Virus record (IMG/VR): IMGVR_UViG_3300032315_000608 | Location: 5,341-69,340 of that record | Direction: 5' to 3' (one strand) | Source: a virus | Length of the DNA stretch: 64,000 nt | Made by a program: the position numbers and the translations under genes | Part shown: one piece after another, positions 20,001-29,307 of the stretch | How the letters are laid out: every line of letters starts with the position of its first letter | Numbering within the stretch: the stretch's first letter is position 1 | Notes under the pieces: model-generated | Database searches by the model: none | What the model saw: only the letters and a program-made list of their open reading frames with translations | Told to the model about the DNA's origin: nothing

Positions 20001-23000
20001 GTGGCGTCCAGCAAGCGGAGCTTGGCACGCATCCGGTCAATGTTCTGTTGGTCAACTTCGGCTTTCGACTCCAAGAAAATAAGATTGGGTCGGCTGGCGC
20101 TGTCAGTACGCCATACCCTATAGATGAGCTGAACAGCTTGAATCGCGCTGACGGGTGGCGACATAATAATCATGTCGCGAGGCTTGTCCCCGAACTTATC
20201 GTCAAGCTCAATTCCAGTGCCGCCCATTTCCTTCGTGGCGATCAGAACATCAGCTGCGTTCTCATTGAAAGCTGCGAGTGCCTGTTCCTTAGTCTGCTCT
20301 GAACCAGTGTACATCCTTGCAATTTTGAGATCAGGAGCAAGGCGAAGGATTGCCGCTTCTACCGCGGCTGAAGTTGGGTCGACCGTTTCTCCGCGGGCAT
20401 TTGTTTCAGAAACAAACCCGACATAGATAACTGGCTTACGACCTTGGCGGATAGATTGGATGGCTCGCTTGGCCGCGGCATCAACTTTATATTCTTCTAG
20501 CGCCCGCTTCTGAGCGGCTACCAGTTTGCGTAATGATGCGATGTCGGTGTTCTGTGCGCCACCATACATGTTCTTGATGTCTTCCAGTTGCTTAATGATT
20601 GCAGAGTCCAACGGAACATCTTGGAACTCTACATTCACACCATCCAATTTGAGGGATCGGGAACGCAGGATTCCATTCTTTACGAGTCCATCGAGATACG
20701 CTTCGAGACGATCTTGCATCTCGGCTTCGGTAACTCCGGGCGACAATGTCCAATAAGATTTCTTTCCACCCCGGAGGTATTGCTTCTCAAACCCAAGTCT
20801 TTTGATCAAGGCATCGGGCGACTCGGTGTCGAAGATACCAAGTCGTCCAAGCGAGAGAAGCTGATCGGGTGTCTCAAACGGAGTTCCAGAAGCCATCAGT
20901 ACTCGACCGGCCTTCTGTGAAATCTCATTCATCAGGATCGACCAAGCGCGGCTCTTACCTTCTTGAATTGCTTTATGCAGATTTCGTCCGGAATGCTGTT
21001 CGTCAAAAATAACAACTGTCTTTGCATTCACTAACGGAAGAATTTTTTCCAAGTACTGCGAAGTGTAAGTGGAGACAACAACTTTTCCTGGCACATTCTC
21101 AATTGGAAGACCGCGACCACTCTCACCCTTACCACCACGAGCCGCGATCGGAACGCCCATCAATCCGGCATCTTTCTCAATCGAACCGCCGATTGTGTTG
21201 AGATCCCAGTTCGGGGTAACGGCATCGGGAGCCGTCAAATAAAATACATTAAATCCTTTGTTGAGATAGTATTTGGCTGCCGCCAACAACACTCGGGTCT
21301 TGCCAGTTCCAGGACCATTAGCCAAGTAAAAAGCTTTATGCTTGGAGCTTTCCATCGTGGTGATGGCCGCCGCCGCATCTTGCTTTTGCTCTGGAGATAA
21401 GAGGCTAGTAGTTTCTGATCCGATCGGATCTAGAACTTTCTCGCTGTAAGGTTTGCCTAGCTGGTTGCGGGATTCGACGAAGGACTTGGGGATGGGGACG
21501 CCACGAGCGCGTTCAGCTCCAGGTCTCCCGACTCCGGTTGCCCCACCTGCAACAGCTCGTCCCACTTCTTCCCGCTTAACGGGAACGGTTTCTTGAGAAA
21601 CTCGCTTTGTGGTGGCAGCACGTTTGGCTTCGATTTCCGCGAGCTTCTGGCGAGCTTCCTCACGTCGATCATCGGCTGTTTTGGCTTTTGGCTTGGGGGT
21701 TGGTTTAGTTGTTGGTTCTTCATATGTTCCTTCCTCGTTGGTGGTAATTCCGCTATCGGCCAGAATCTGGTCGTTGACCTTTAGCAGATTTGATCGGAAG
21801 GTGGCGGCAATATTGTTCTTTGCCGGTCCCTCTTCCATTGTTTGAGAAGCCAGATAAGGCTCCGCAAGTTTGTTTAATTTATCGACATAGTCATCGGACT
21901 GAGCTTTGGAAATGTTTCCGTCATCGAGGGCAGTCTTAAGATTGCTGTCGACCGCTTCAGCCAGTTCAGTGATACCCTCAGGAGAAAGTTTAGACTCAAC
22001 TACGGAATCCATATATCCTTCAAAAGCCCGAAGGATATTAACGGAGCGGGTGCTTTGGGTTTGTTCGAGCAATGCCTTGGCGGAGGCAAGCTCTACGTCG
22101 TCAAAGAAATCATCGGCCTGTAGTTTTCGGAAGCGTTCGATTGCTGGCTGGATTTGTTTAGCAGTTAGACTTCCCTCTCGGACAATTCCTTCTGGTTCCA
22201 CGACCTCTCGAACTGGAAGAGTTCCAGCTTCCTGATTCTTGCGGTATTCAGCCTGTAACGCAGAAACAAACTTCTGCTGAACCGCCGGCTTCAATGCATT
22301 GATGTTGTCGACAGTAGTTCCAATCTTAGCGGCATCTTGGGCTGTAGCTCCTTTACCGGAAGTCACGGAGTCAAACGCGAGTTTCTCGGCTTCAGTTCCT
22401 AGCGATTGCCTAAAAGGTGCTTGAAGGTTCTGGGCAAGAATGGAAAGGGCTTCTTGCCTCTGGGCTGGCGAAGGAACGTCAGAAGGATTGGCAACTTGAT
22501 TGTCCACCTCTGTTGCATCGATCTGGTCGAGGGCTTCGTTGATCGCTCCGGCAACGGCGGGGTTGATTCCTTGTTCCTCGGCCAGCGTATCAGCATCGAC
22601 TGCATTAACACGAAGGCCGGGAGTCTCAAGGCTAACAGCCGCGCCAAGACCAACTCCCGCGCGCATCCGAGGAACAGCCCTGCGGATAAAGTCCCGAAGT
22701 CGGCTATTAAAAATTGTGCTTAAGGAAAGATTGTTCTTGCCTTGTCTGAGTTCATACAAAAAGCTGTTGATGGTCGCGGCAGATACTTCATCGGCAATAT
22801 TATATTTTTGATATCCAGCCAGCGACTTGCTCTGCAAATAAGATCTCTTACGGTTGACATAAGCCAGAACAGTTTCGGCTGGGGTCATTATGTTGCGACC
22901 GTTCTCGTCGATCGCACCAAGACTTTGGAGCAACTCGATTGTCGCGGGATTCTTTAAGTTAAATACTGCACCGAGAGCCTCGCTCGAATTCTCTCGAGGA

Positions 23001-25489
23001 TCTGGCTCTAGCTTTTGATACTTCTGGAAAGACTCGCTTTCGGGGTTGTTGATCGGGAGAACGATATCGGGACGGGCTTCCAATTCGGGGGCCAGCTTTC
23101 CAGTTCTGGCTTCTTTCGTAGCTTCGTTCTCAAATTGCTGAACTAACTTAGATACCGACTCTTCGCCACGTACTAACCGGGCAGCCTGTCCCTCAATCTG
23201 CATGGCTTGAAGTCTTGCAAGTTGTTCCTGCATGGCGACGGCTTCATCTGCCGGGGCTTCCTTTATTTTATTTTCAAGAACATTAATTTGATCCTGAAGT
23301 TTTTTAGCATTGATCTCGGCTGGTTTCTCCTGCTCAATCAGCTCTTGGCTTTTGGCCAGTTGGCTTTCCAAGGCGACTTCATAATCGGTTGGGCCGAGAT
23401 ATTTTCTGGCAACTTCTTCGATGGCGTCGTCTGTTCCAGCTTTCTCCAACTCAGAATTCATTTGGTCAATCTCGTCGGTCTCAAGACCAATCTCTTCCGC
23501 ACGCAGAATAAACTGATCTTTTAACTCTTGCTTAAATTCAATCGCAGGAATCCCGTTCATCCAATTGCCAGCGTCAGTTTTTACATTCGTTACAGAATAG
23601 GTTTTTCCGTCTTCGGACAATTCACCAATTACCCGACCCTGACTCTCAAGCCATTGAATCTTCGAAGCATTCTCTGGTGTATTAGAAAGGTTAATGGTCG
23701 TGGCACCTTTCTCAAAGACACCAATCAACTCGTTGAGTGCTGAAAGCTTTTCCTCTTCGGTTTCAGGAGCTCTAGTTTCAATCGTTGCTGGCGTACCGAT
23801 TTGCCCCTCTGCTTTTGAAATCTCCTGTGTCAACATGGATTCAACCGATCCTTGCTTCGCGGATTCTACTGCTTCGTCTGCTACCTTTGTTGTCTCGGGA
23901 GTGGTTACCGTATCAAGGGAGGAACGAACATTGACAGCATCAAAAAGAGATTGAGCCTTTGGTGAGGTTAAGGATTGACGAAGTTGGGCTAGTTGTTCCG
24001 CCTTCTGTTGGTCATTAAGATTTGGATCAACTTTAATGCTCGATACTGTTTGCTCTAAAGATTTTGCAAATCGATCGTCCGCTAATTTATATATCTTGGC
24101 TCGACGATTTGCGATAGACGCTGCCCCTATAACTCCAGGGATTGCCATTCCAAGTCCAATACCTCCCGATACAGCCAAGTTCTGGAGCAAAGGTTCTACG
24201 GGATCTTGACCGCGGAGGATGGCCTCAATTTCTTCTGATGCAGTTTCTCCGAGGGTGGTTCCAACTACTTTCCCCGTGCTACCAACTAAAGGCGCAAGGG
24301 CTGGAATTTTTGTGGCCAATGCTTTTGCGGCGACGTGATTGGCTAGGGCGTTATCGATCGAGTTTTCTAATTTGTTTCCAGCACCTTCGGCTAAACCCAG
24401 AACTGCACTCTCGCTGAATATGGAGGACAGACGCTGGGGGACGGTTAGATTCCGTGGGTCGCCCTCGAAAGATTGCGATGCCCCGATAGTTGCATAAGTT
24501 GCCCCTCTGGAAAGAACGGTCGGAACTTTGATAGCTTGATCTGCGATCTGGCCAGCTTTACCCAATAGCTTTGTGGCACCGGCACCAACTCCAATAAACG
24601 AACCCACAGATCCGAGGGCCGATCCAGCCAAGGTTCCGGTCATGTAATCTTTTTGAATTGTATTGTTAATTGCGTTGGAAAGGGCGGCTCGACGGGCAAC
24701 TTGGTCGGGATTGTTTTCGTCAACTATGATGTCACCGAGAGAAACAAAAGGTAGGAAGGCATCGCCAGATTGAATTGCAAAGTTCCGCAGGCTGGCCGAT
24801 CCCAATTTTTTAGAGCGATCGCTTTCAAGATCTCGAAGATAGTTTTCGGCCATTGCCAAATTCATTCCAAGCTTCGCTGTTAGAGGTCCCGTGCCAAAAG
24901 CCATCGCTGGCTTCTCGTCTTTCGGAACGATTGACTTTCCGCTGGTTAATTCATCCTCGTAAAAATTTCCAAGCTCCAAAGCTTTAGCTGCCTGCGCTGG
25001 GTCGGTGATTGTTCCTACATAGTTTCGGGCAGCAAAACTTTTCTGCGTTGCTTCGGCTTCCTCATTTGTAATTCCAAGGCCAGCTTGCAAGTAAGCCCCC
25101 ATAGTCTTTCCCACGCCAAGAAGGGCGAGCTTGGTAAGTTCACCCCAGTCGCCTTTTTTCTCTGCATCTAAAATCTTTTGGCTAGACTCAAGTGAATAGT
25201 TGCGGACGTTGTTTTGTACGTCTTGCCACGCTTGGGTGTTGAATGGAAGTTTCTTTTCTTGGAGTCGAGTCGCCAGACCACCGATAAGATCGGTTGACTG
25301 CGGGTCATCCCTAAGATCGATTAGATTTTGAGCTTGCGCGAGATTGGTGGGCGGGGCTGAAAATAAGGAGTTAATCTCCTGTTCGGGGGTAACTCCAGAA
25401 GGAGCAAACAATGCGTCGATAGCTTGTTGCTCACCCTCGGGGAGACTCGCTATATCAAGCTCTGTCTCAGGGTTAAATGGATCCGCCAT
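14006..25489 (-). CDS. giant polyvalent virion/ejection protein with SF2 (strawberry-notch/DarB-like) helicase
   Basis: 3827 aa; last gene of the internal-protein block; NGPGTGKT, IFDEQH, MASGT, GGTGIEL, RVWR helicase motifs; EETIH peptidase-like motif. Confidence 0.8.
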   Translation of the reverse strand: MADPFNPETELDIASLPEGEQQAIDALFAPSGVTPEQEINSLFSAPPTNLAQAQNLIDLRDDPQSTDLIGGLATRLQEKKLPFNTQAWQDVQNNVRNYSLESSQKILDAEKKGDWGELTKLALLGVGKTMGAYLQAGLGITNEEAEATQKSFAARNYVGTITDPAQAAKALELGNFYEDELTSGKSIVPKDEKPAMAFGTGPLTAKLGMNLAMAENYLRDLESDRSKKLGSASLRNFAIQSGDAFLPFVSLGDIIVDENNPDQVARRAALSNAINNTIQKDYMTGTLAGSALGSVGSFIGVGAGATKLLGKAGQIADQAIKVPTVLSRGATYATIGASQSFEGDPRNLTVPQRLSSIFSESAVLGLAEGAGNKLENSIDNALANHVAAKALATKIPALAPLVGSTGKVVGTTLGETASEEIEAILRGQDPVEPLLQNLAVSGGIGLGMAIPGVIGAASIANRRAKIYKLADDRFAKSLEQTVSSIKVDPNLNDQQKAEQLAQLRQSLTSPKAQSLFDAVNVRSSLDTVTTPETTKVADEAVESAKQGSVESMLTQEISKAEGQIGTPATIETRAPETEEEKLSALNELIGVFEKGATTINLSNTPENASKIQWLESQGRVIGELSEDGKTYSVTNVKTDAGNWMNGIPAIEFKQELKDQFILRAEEIGLETDEIDQMNSELEKAGTDDAIEEVARKYLGPTDYEVALESQLAKSQELIEQEKPAEINAKKLQDQINVLENKIKEAPADEAVAMQEQLARLQAMQIEGQAARLVRGEESVSKLVQQFENEATKEARTGKLAPELEARPDIVLPINNPESESFQKYQKLEPDPRENSSEALGAVFNLKNPATIELLQSLGAIDENGRNIMTPAETVLAYVNRKRSYLQSKSLAGYQKYNIADEVSAATINSFLYELRQGKNNLSLSTIFNSRLRDFIRRAVPRMRAGVGLGAAVSLETPGLRVNAVDADTLAEEQGINPAVAGAINEALDQIDATEVDNQVANPSDVPSPAQRQEALSILAQNLQAPFRQSLGTEAEKLAFDSVTSGKGATAQDAAKIGTTVDNINALKPAVQQKFVSALQAEYRKNQEAGTLPVREVVEPEGIVREGSLTAKQIQPAIERFRKLQADDFFDDVELASAKALLEQTQSTRSVNILRAFEGYMDSVVESKLSPEGITELAEAVDSNLKTALDDGNISKAQSDDYVDKLNKLAEPYLASQTMEEGPAKNNIAATFRSNLLKVNDQILADSGITTNEEGTYEEPTTKPTPKPKAKTADDRREEARQKLAEIEAKRAATTKRVSQETVPVKREEVGRAVAGGATGVGRPGAERARGVPIPKSFVESRNQLGKPYSEKVLDPIGSETTSLLSPEQKQDAAAAITTMESSKHKAFYLANGPGTGKTRVLLAAAKYYLNKGFNVFYLTAPDAVTPNWDLNTIGGSIEKDAGLMGVPIAARGGKGESGRGLPIENVPGKVVVSTYTSQYLEKILPLVNAKTVVIFDEQHSGRNLHKAIQEGKSRAWSILMNEISQKAGRVLMASGTPFETPDQLLSLGRLGIFDTESPDALIKRLGFEKQYLRGGKKSYWTLSPGVTEAEMQDRLEAYLDGLVKNGILRSRSLKLDGVNVEFQDVPLDSAIIKQLEDIKNMYGGAQNTDIASLRKLVAAQKRALEEYKVDAAAKRAIQSIRQGRKPVIYVGFVSETNARGETVDPTSAAVEAAILRLAPDLKIARMYTGSEQTKEQALAAFNENAADVLIATKEMGGTGIELDDKFGDKPRDMIIMSPPVSAIQAVQLIYRVWRTDSASRPNLIFLESKAEVDQQNIDRMRAKLRLLDATTGAGFEGLKAEETIVKPSGVTKNLEEFINNLGQGVRGETDKARFKQALELLKGQQTVSKSFIQKKMNIGSGYADWLLKQLVLSGAVNEESITTGTEFPAGPQERVATVRSEAEPTPEQIATTDEILKLALGKDYNNNVITFRDAKGQAHNYNVKLDPNFNHPIAVVVGSDNDSDVIVINPALLEKGRNALAPDAYKSYITQALIEETIHMETLRYYRELGLDPIEELTAIGDSLSQASRLAIGRLYYATLGSDITNPDTQAKIKALANDPFFVAMEGIRQLSQLKLTGGITEQVNSVNANDIARATQRLKDIIKSENRSVLARLGVWFDSMATVVKRGLGLAPNAKDRLVMRQSIEDAISTLRKTSKEFVQAGEAPARPIPAPGTSPTAPRAATVFDSYDLRIYRMIENHLEGRTEGVLGVTVADDLFKTVGVEEWLDALDISRRRGIITADERDLFRSATQAVMDGGRASLPAIANKALEIAENMEEAGRSLPVAAFVATSAPAEVTSNEQSFEPQPAYQQYRVKIPGNIAVPTTASSEAKATANAVIRLFERQEVVNYNGQRYTSPGPLIAALRDAGYNKFAKVISPAPAIEIIPEKPIINSVSLDGGPVSIPVPSTEVIRVSPAPEIRESRAVKNIVTQFVDVLPEGKVKDKLLDAWYYQSVPREQQFADAKSYIATNGLQNSLNAFLSGNIKSSLPLQGAIGFELANALGAKAKTDLYAREQLAEVMLLLSRKYGTEPGRTVDLWNALGELSNNPEAMKMYINRQIDSSIRGRLTGFAEEESEISSGLVDSTRRAVDKLTTDKKTKSTIEKIAKLVELNKKQATVAELEAAVAEYVGSEQALADGAEFLGADLAAAPEVEGSDADGIRLNPEQTTALSRMILEIIQRSENPGVTAASEDQIKSLLMLTPALRDAKNQENVRRKLDLYFDAALTNALEIFSAQALGEARAREGIQPPATRGEAIRRVIDAKAKAKDQAPVAIPTEATSRLEALAEASAEALQKQAARLQQEPKKKDQLEEFAARIRRLIAQRTKEQGGLQPTYTPEPKPTEAEVLRDRIEKYPDVMEFIDNVRDSLKEVYSEEELAGLEPFIDEAFGRPFTVSSLKQAVRSLESIGGPQTNIRGLIRSSKGDIMDFENKLGALLTQNTTLDEAQKKEVTDFLREGLTDLIAKERKLELERIKKRFDAKKERKTRKMRSALDRLIEATNLGVLNDSEVFAQMHSQLGLPELKEEERKKLNKLIEDLPLYPVGMIRNKKISEMYQYVKLVSPQLWGELLVNYQTSNLLAGVGTIGINAWSSSMSNQLNAAILAAVGAMKGVRGDKARAKAYRDAAIALNSAIFAGEKPALNAAANVFFNGDYSNIQDALTQELGGVNIWEAIVKQGEDYRAGKPGAVQPELPVNVFGQEYRIPLDSKYLSSKYGALAPFIFFGRAMAAGDAINKISSRKMYEIAEATNIAIAQGLQTNDEIETEVARLLNQSPEARKRAEAKAASEAKEFNLTPEQQSLRVEEILEQGRPDEESVKNLTEKAKTFAAQSTYTNNFEGWFGLLADGLTSISAKAWPLRLFIKFLKTGSSLANEVLNFLPAISTIRLYRGSAAMLKDTKYYRPPPVPGTVEHDLMLGKMNAGYAITIGLLFLLKDAMSGEDDPYFNIHFKGPTDPAQREAFFAAGGKLRSIQLGRFSEGKPSFFSFEGFPVGLSGPLLLAGAITESIRYEKRSVAESILLGGATGALLAMYGVLDMAALSGIRQIMSLTSPGVGQRDAKGIMTNLSKTMGNVAGGLIPGYATLRDFEQVFNGIYGSPSARPYQENFLSTFAQSVPFASKVGRPDLDFLGGNTKTQVANTIPFLRRLTTTGVDSKAYDNGDRTPQAIHDKLISMFASKRSSLDWDAGPLKDFAMAEMIQDAQAKGEQLTQDDFYNLKRELSTDEKYEWMMRAGPVIQEQLSQVIPQLEAMSPGQFREATRAIVNPIKKAILYQVLLEKNQEGILYPERQ

Positions 25490-25524
25490 GGCTGGTATAA
25501 TTCAAGGGATTATTCAGCCGTTCG

Positions 25525-27084
25525 TCAACGATTTTGTCCTGAATCTTCAACCGTTCCCGGGGAGACCACATTAGTGGGAACGTTAACTCCGGGGATGGTA
25601 TACCCACGGGCTTTAAGGTTGGCCAAGACCTCTCTAGCCGGTCTGCCATATACAATGGCGTTAGGATCTCTACGATAAGCTTCAGCTATAATAGCTATAG
25701 TGGAATCCGAAATTGGAGCTGGTTGATTTCTAGGGGTTATTGGGATGGAAGCAGTGCCCGGTGTTCTTGGGGCTGTTCCTCCGGCAGTGGTCGCTACATT
25801 CGAAGAATCGTTGGGTATGAATTCAAGTTTCTTTATGTTCGGATTGGCCGGAGCTTCGGAGAGTGCTTTCCCGAGCATAGCCTGCATTGCATTATAATCG
25901 CCATTCATTGCCCTAGTTAACAGCTGATCGTAGTCAGTAATTTCTTTTTGCTTGACCTTTGTTAGCAATCCAGTTCTTGGATCGATGTCTCTATCGGTAA
26001 GATTCATATTGGGCATGGATCTCACAAAAGTTGCCCTCTTCTCTCCAGTGATCGGGTCGGTAGTCTCTACCCCAAGGCTTGCATTTTTCTGCACCAAGTT
26101 TCTTTGGTCGACCGTAAATTTTGTTTTCATCTCGTCGAGATATGCTTGCTGACTATCTTTAGTGATATCTTTTGCGAGGCCACGAAGCTGATTGAAAGCA
26201 TCAGGATTATCAATTCTGTCTTGCCAATTCGGATACTGTTTCTTAATAACATCGTATCTGGCTTGGTATTTTGGGTCGAGAATGTTTCCGGCCGCTCCAT
26301 CTGAATTCAATTGCGTGATACCATTTAACACCACGTCATCAGATAGCTTCGTTAGTGCAGCATTTTTTTGAGATAAAATCTGAGAGAATTTATTAACTGT
26401 ATTATCCGTCATACCAAGATTGGCAAACTGTGTTTCAATGTCATTTAGCGCCAAGCTTGCATCTTCAGGGGTCATGCGATCAATGGGAAGATTTGCTGCT
26501 CGTACTAGAAGTGCGTCGGCTTGTGGTTTCTTCTGCCTATTGGCCACCAAATCATCGACTCTGCGTTTTCTTTCTTCTGCAATATCAAGCCTATCGAGCA
26601 TTGTCATTTTTGTTAGACTTGACAGAGATGTGTTATCGAGTGCTGCCTCAGCCATAGCAATTTGGTCGGGGTCCCCCGAGTTTCTCGCGTCGCGGATATA
26701 AGAATAAAGCCTTCCAGACTCAGCATCTTCTCTATTCTTTCTGTCAATCTCTTCCATCTTTTGTCGTTTTTCTTCTTGGACGAGCTCGAGTTTATCTAAC
26801 TCTAAACGATCTGCTGCGGCTTGACGTTGACGATTGTAAGCAAGACTTTCTAAATCGCGCTGATTTTTTATTCCTTCGAGTTCAATCCTTTGACTATCGA
26901 GGTCAGCTTGTCTGGCTTGATTATCCCTTTGAGCCGCGAGTTGTGCGTAGCCTAATGCAAGTTGAGCCCCGGCTTGTTGTTCTTGTTGGAACAACTGTTG
27001 CTTTTTAAGATAGTCTTCGCGAACATCACCAATGATGCCACGAACCTGACTTACATAATCTGGGGCGTTAGGTGAGAGGGCCAT
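25525..27084 (-). CDS. putative internal virion (ejection) protein
   Basis: Helical, Q/E/R-rich; position before the giant protein. Confidence 0.6.
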   Translation of the reverse strand: MALSPNAPDYVSQVRGIIGDVREDYLKKQQLFQQEQQAGAQLALGYAQLAAQRDNQARQADLDSQRIELEGIKNQRDLESLAYNRQRQAAADRLELDKLELVQEEKRQKMEEIDRKNREDAESGRLYSYIRDARNSGDPDQIAMAEAALDNTSLSSLTKMTMLDRLDIAEERKRRVDDLVANRQKKPQADALLVRAANLPIDRMTPEDASLALNDIETQFANLGMTDNTVNKFSQILSQKNAALTKLSDDVVLNGITQLNSDGAAGNILDPKYQARYDVIKKQYPNWQDRIDNPDAFNQLRGLAKDITKDSQQAYLDEMKTKFTVDQRNLVQKNASLGVETTDPITGEKRATFVRSMPNMNLTDRDIDPRTGLLTKVKQKEITDYDQLLTRAMNGDYNAMQAMLGKALSEAPANPNIKKLEFIPNDSSNVATTAGGTAPRTPGTASIPITPRNQPAPISDSTIAIIAEAYRRDPNAIVYGRPAREVLANLKARGYTIPGVNVPTNVVSPGTVEDSGQNR

Positions 27085-27087
27085 TGC

Positions 27088-28089
27088 TTATACCATTCTA
27101 CCAAAGCCGGGGGCAACAGGTCTTGTGGTAACCCTTGCGCCCGGTTGATAACCAACAAAAGAACCAGTCTTAATATCGAACTGGCCGGGCAAAGCTTGAG
27201 TCTGATAAGCATTGAGCAAGTTCTGGTTGGCAATCTGCTGGTTGACTGAGGCTTGGTTGGCCGCAGTGCTAAAGATCTCATTGGGAGAAATCGGAGTCAT
27301 AGCCTGCATTGCTTGTTGTGCCAACGCGGAAGACCTAGCCAACAAATCAGCTCCCTGCTGTTGAACTTGTAACGACCCCAATCCTAAATCACGGGCAAGA
27401 ATATTACGGCCAATTCCAGAGCGCCCGCCAAGGCCAGTGCTGAAACCAAGGCCCGCGGCTCCACGACCAATTTGACTGGCCATATCGCGAGAAAGTTGTC
27501 CAGTTGCATAAGTAGCTCCAGCTTGAGATAGAGCCCTAGCTCCAGCTTCAGTCTGCGGTGCAAATTGTTTGTACTGCTCCGCAAAAGGTGCATTAGCCTC
27601 CATCGCTCTTTTACCCATTTCTGCATAATCAAGATTTAATCCTTGTAGGGTTGGAGCTGGGCCTAGATAAAACTCCAGAGGCGAGGGTTGTCCAATAGAA
27701 ATTGCTCCGCCACCACCAAATCCGCCACCACCCCCACTTCTCGGTATACTTCTAGCGCTAATCCCGCTTGGATTATCTCGCTGAGTGGCTGCGGCTCGTG
27801 CGGTAGCAATTCCTGGCCCTGTGTATGTGTTATTAAATGCATTTTGTTGACCCATCCACTCGTTCCAATCCTGTCCGGGAGCCCGTGGGATTTCACCATA
27901 CGACATACTCCCGGGATCCCTAGATTGCTGTAACGCGCGGTCATATGAATATTGCTCATACGATTTGCCAGAACCCATGAAATTACCGCTAGGGAAATTA
28001 CTGCTAGGACGAGTTGTAACGGGTGCACTGCCTCGACCATAAGCGCCGGAGGCGGCCGCATTAAAAATTGAACTATAATCAATCGCCAT
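27088..28089 (-). CDS. putative internal virion (ejection) protein
   Basis: G/A/S/Q-rich, ARDLGL motif; synteny. Confidence 0.6.
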   Translation of the reverse strand: MAIDYSSIFNAAASGAYGRGSAPVTTRPSSNFPSGNFMGSGKSYEQYSYDRALQQSRDPGSMSYGEIPRAPGQDWNEWMGQQNAFNNTYTGPGIATARAAATQRDNPSGISARSIPRSGGGGGFGGGGAISIGQPSPLEFYLGPAPTLQGLNLDYAEMGKRAMEANAPFAEQYKQFAPQTEAGARALSQAGATYATGQLSRDMASQIGRGAAGLGFSTGLGGRSGIGRNILARDLGLGSLQVQQQGADLLARSSALAQQAMQAMTPISPNEIFSTAANQASVNQQIANQNLLNAYQTQALPGQFDIKTGSFVGYQPGARVTTRPVAPGFGRMV

Positions 28090-28092
28090 AAA

Positions 28093-29307
28093 TTATGCCA
28101 TCGCGGGGACTTCACCCATCGCGAATGCCTCCATTTGAATCTGGGGTCTGCCAATGTTAGCTCCTTCGACTTCCGCGAGTTCTTCACGCAAGAGTTCGAC
28201 AGCCTTCTCTTCATACTTCATGGCTTCGTCCAGGTTATTGTTTTCTTCTTTTTCAATGGCGATTGCCATCATCTTTAAAGCTCCAAGGTTGGTCACGATC
28301 AAATCGTCGTCATCGGTGACCACGGGAATAAACTTACGCTTTGCAAGTACGGTCACGTTAGCACCATCTTCTCTTTCATGGCCAGGAATTGCATATCGTC
28401 GATACTGGGGCAACGTCTCGTCGGGCGCAAGTATGGCGATGCAGTATTCAGCGCCCGTGGTAGGATCGACTGCATAAACACGGACCCAACCTTTCGTTGC
28501 AGTTTTGTTTATGGCATCGATGCTTCTGAAGGCGTTGACTGTAGTTCGGGGGAGTTCTGTCATGGTTAACCCAGCTGGATAAATCCAATTTATTGTCCAA
28601 GGATATAATCCATTATCGTCTTGTATAACTCCGTCGTTCGTGTTAGCGAGAACCCAGGTTCCACTTCCTGAAGAAGGACCGCTAATACTCCATCCACCTG
28701 TCCCTTGTTTTACATAATTTCCAGGTGTTGAATACGCGTAAACACCATTACCCTCGGCATAAGGTTCAGTTAAGCCAGAAACCAATACGCTGGAATTACC
28801 AGATCCAGCACTCAAGTTTAAACGCTCGCCGTCGATGTAGACTCCATTTTCCTGAGTCTGGACTCGGTTGTTATAGGTATCTGAACCGCGAAACAAAATG
28901 GTCGAGGTGGCGTCTTCGATTAGGTCGGTGTAAACGCGGATGTACTTCTGCGAATCTAACGGACGGAAAGAGGGAACAAAACCGCGGTCCTGTAATTGTC
29001 TCCAAGCCCCGGCGGGGGACATTCCTGGGCCGTTGGCCATAAACTCATACCACTGGTTATAAACTTGCGCGGCCGCGCCGTCGTAATTGTACCCGAGAAT
29101 AGATTCAAACTCGCGGGGCAAGGTGATGCAACCACCATAAACGCAAACGGAATATCGTCCGTAAGTTCCTGCGTACAATCCTTTATTGAGCAAACGTTCC
29201 TGAGCTTCGTTGGTGCGGGCAAGCAGCTGGGGATTATCCGCGCACATCCCGTTCTGGGTTACGCGAGCCAGTTGGTCTTTAACTGATCCGTAGGTACGAC
29301 GGATCAT
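28093..29307 (-). CDS. putative head-tail adaptor / tail tubular protein A-like
   Basis: LARTNEAQERL, ITLPREFESI, C-terminal helical ALKMMAIA; synteny. Confidence 0.55.
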   Translation of the reverse strand: MIRRTYGSVKDQLARVTQNGMCADNPQLLARTNEAQERLLNKGLYAGTYGRYSVCVYGGCITLPREFESILGYNYDGAAAQVYNQWYEFMANGPGMSPAGAWRQLQDRGFVPSFRPLDSQKYIRVYTDLIEDATSTILFRGSDTYNNRVQTQENGVYIDGERLNLSAGSGNSSVLVSGLTEPYAEGNGVYAYSTPGNYVKQGTGGWSISGPSSGSGTWVLANTNDGVIQDDNGLYPWTINWIYPAGLTMTELPRTTVNAFRSIDAINKTATKGWVRVYAVDPTTGAEYCIAILAPDETLPQYRRYAIPGHEREDGANVTVLAKRKFIPVVTDDDDLIVTNLGALKMMAIAIEKEENNNLDEAMKYEEKAVELLREELAEVEGANIGRPQIQMEAFAMGEVPAMA

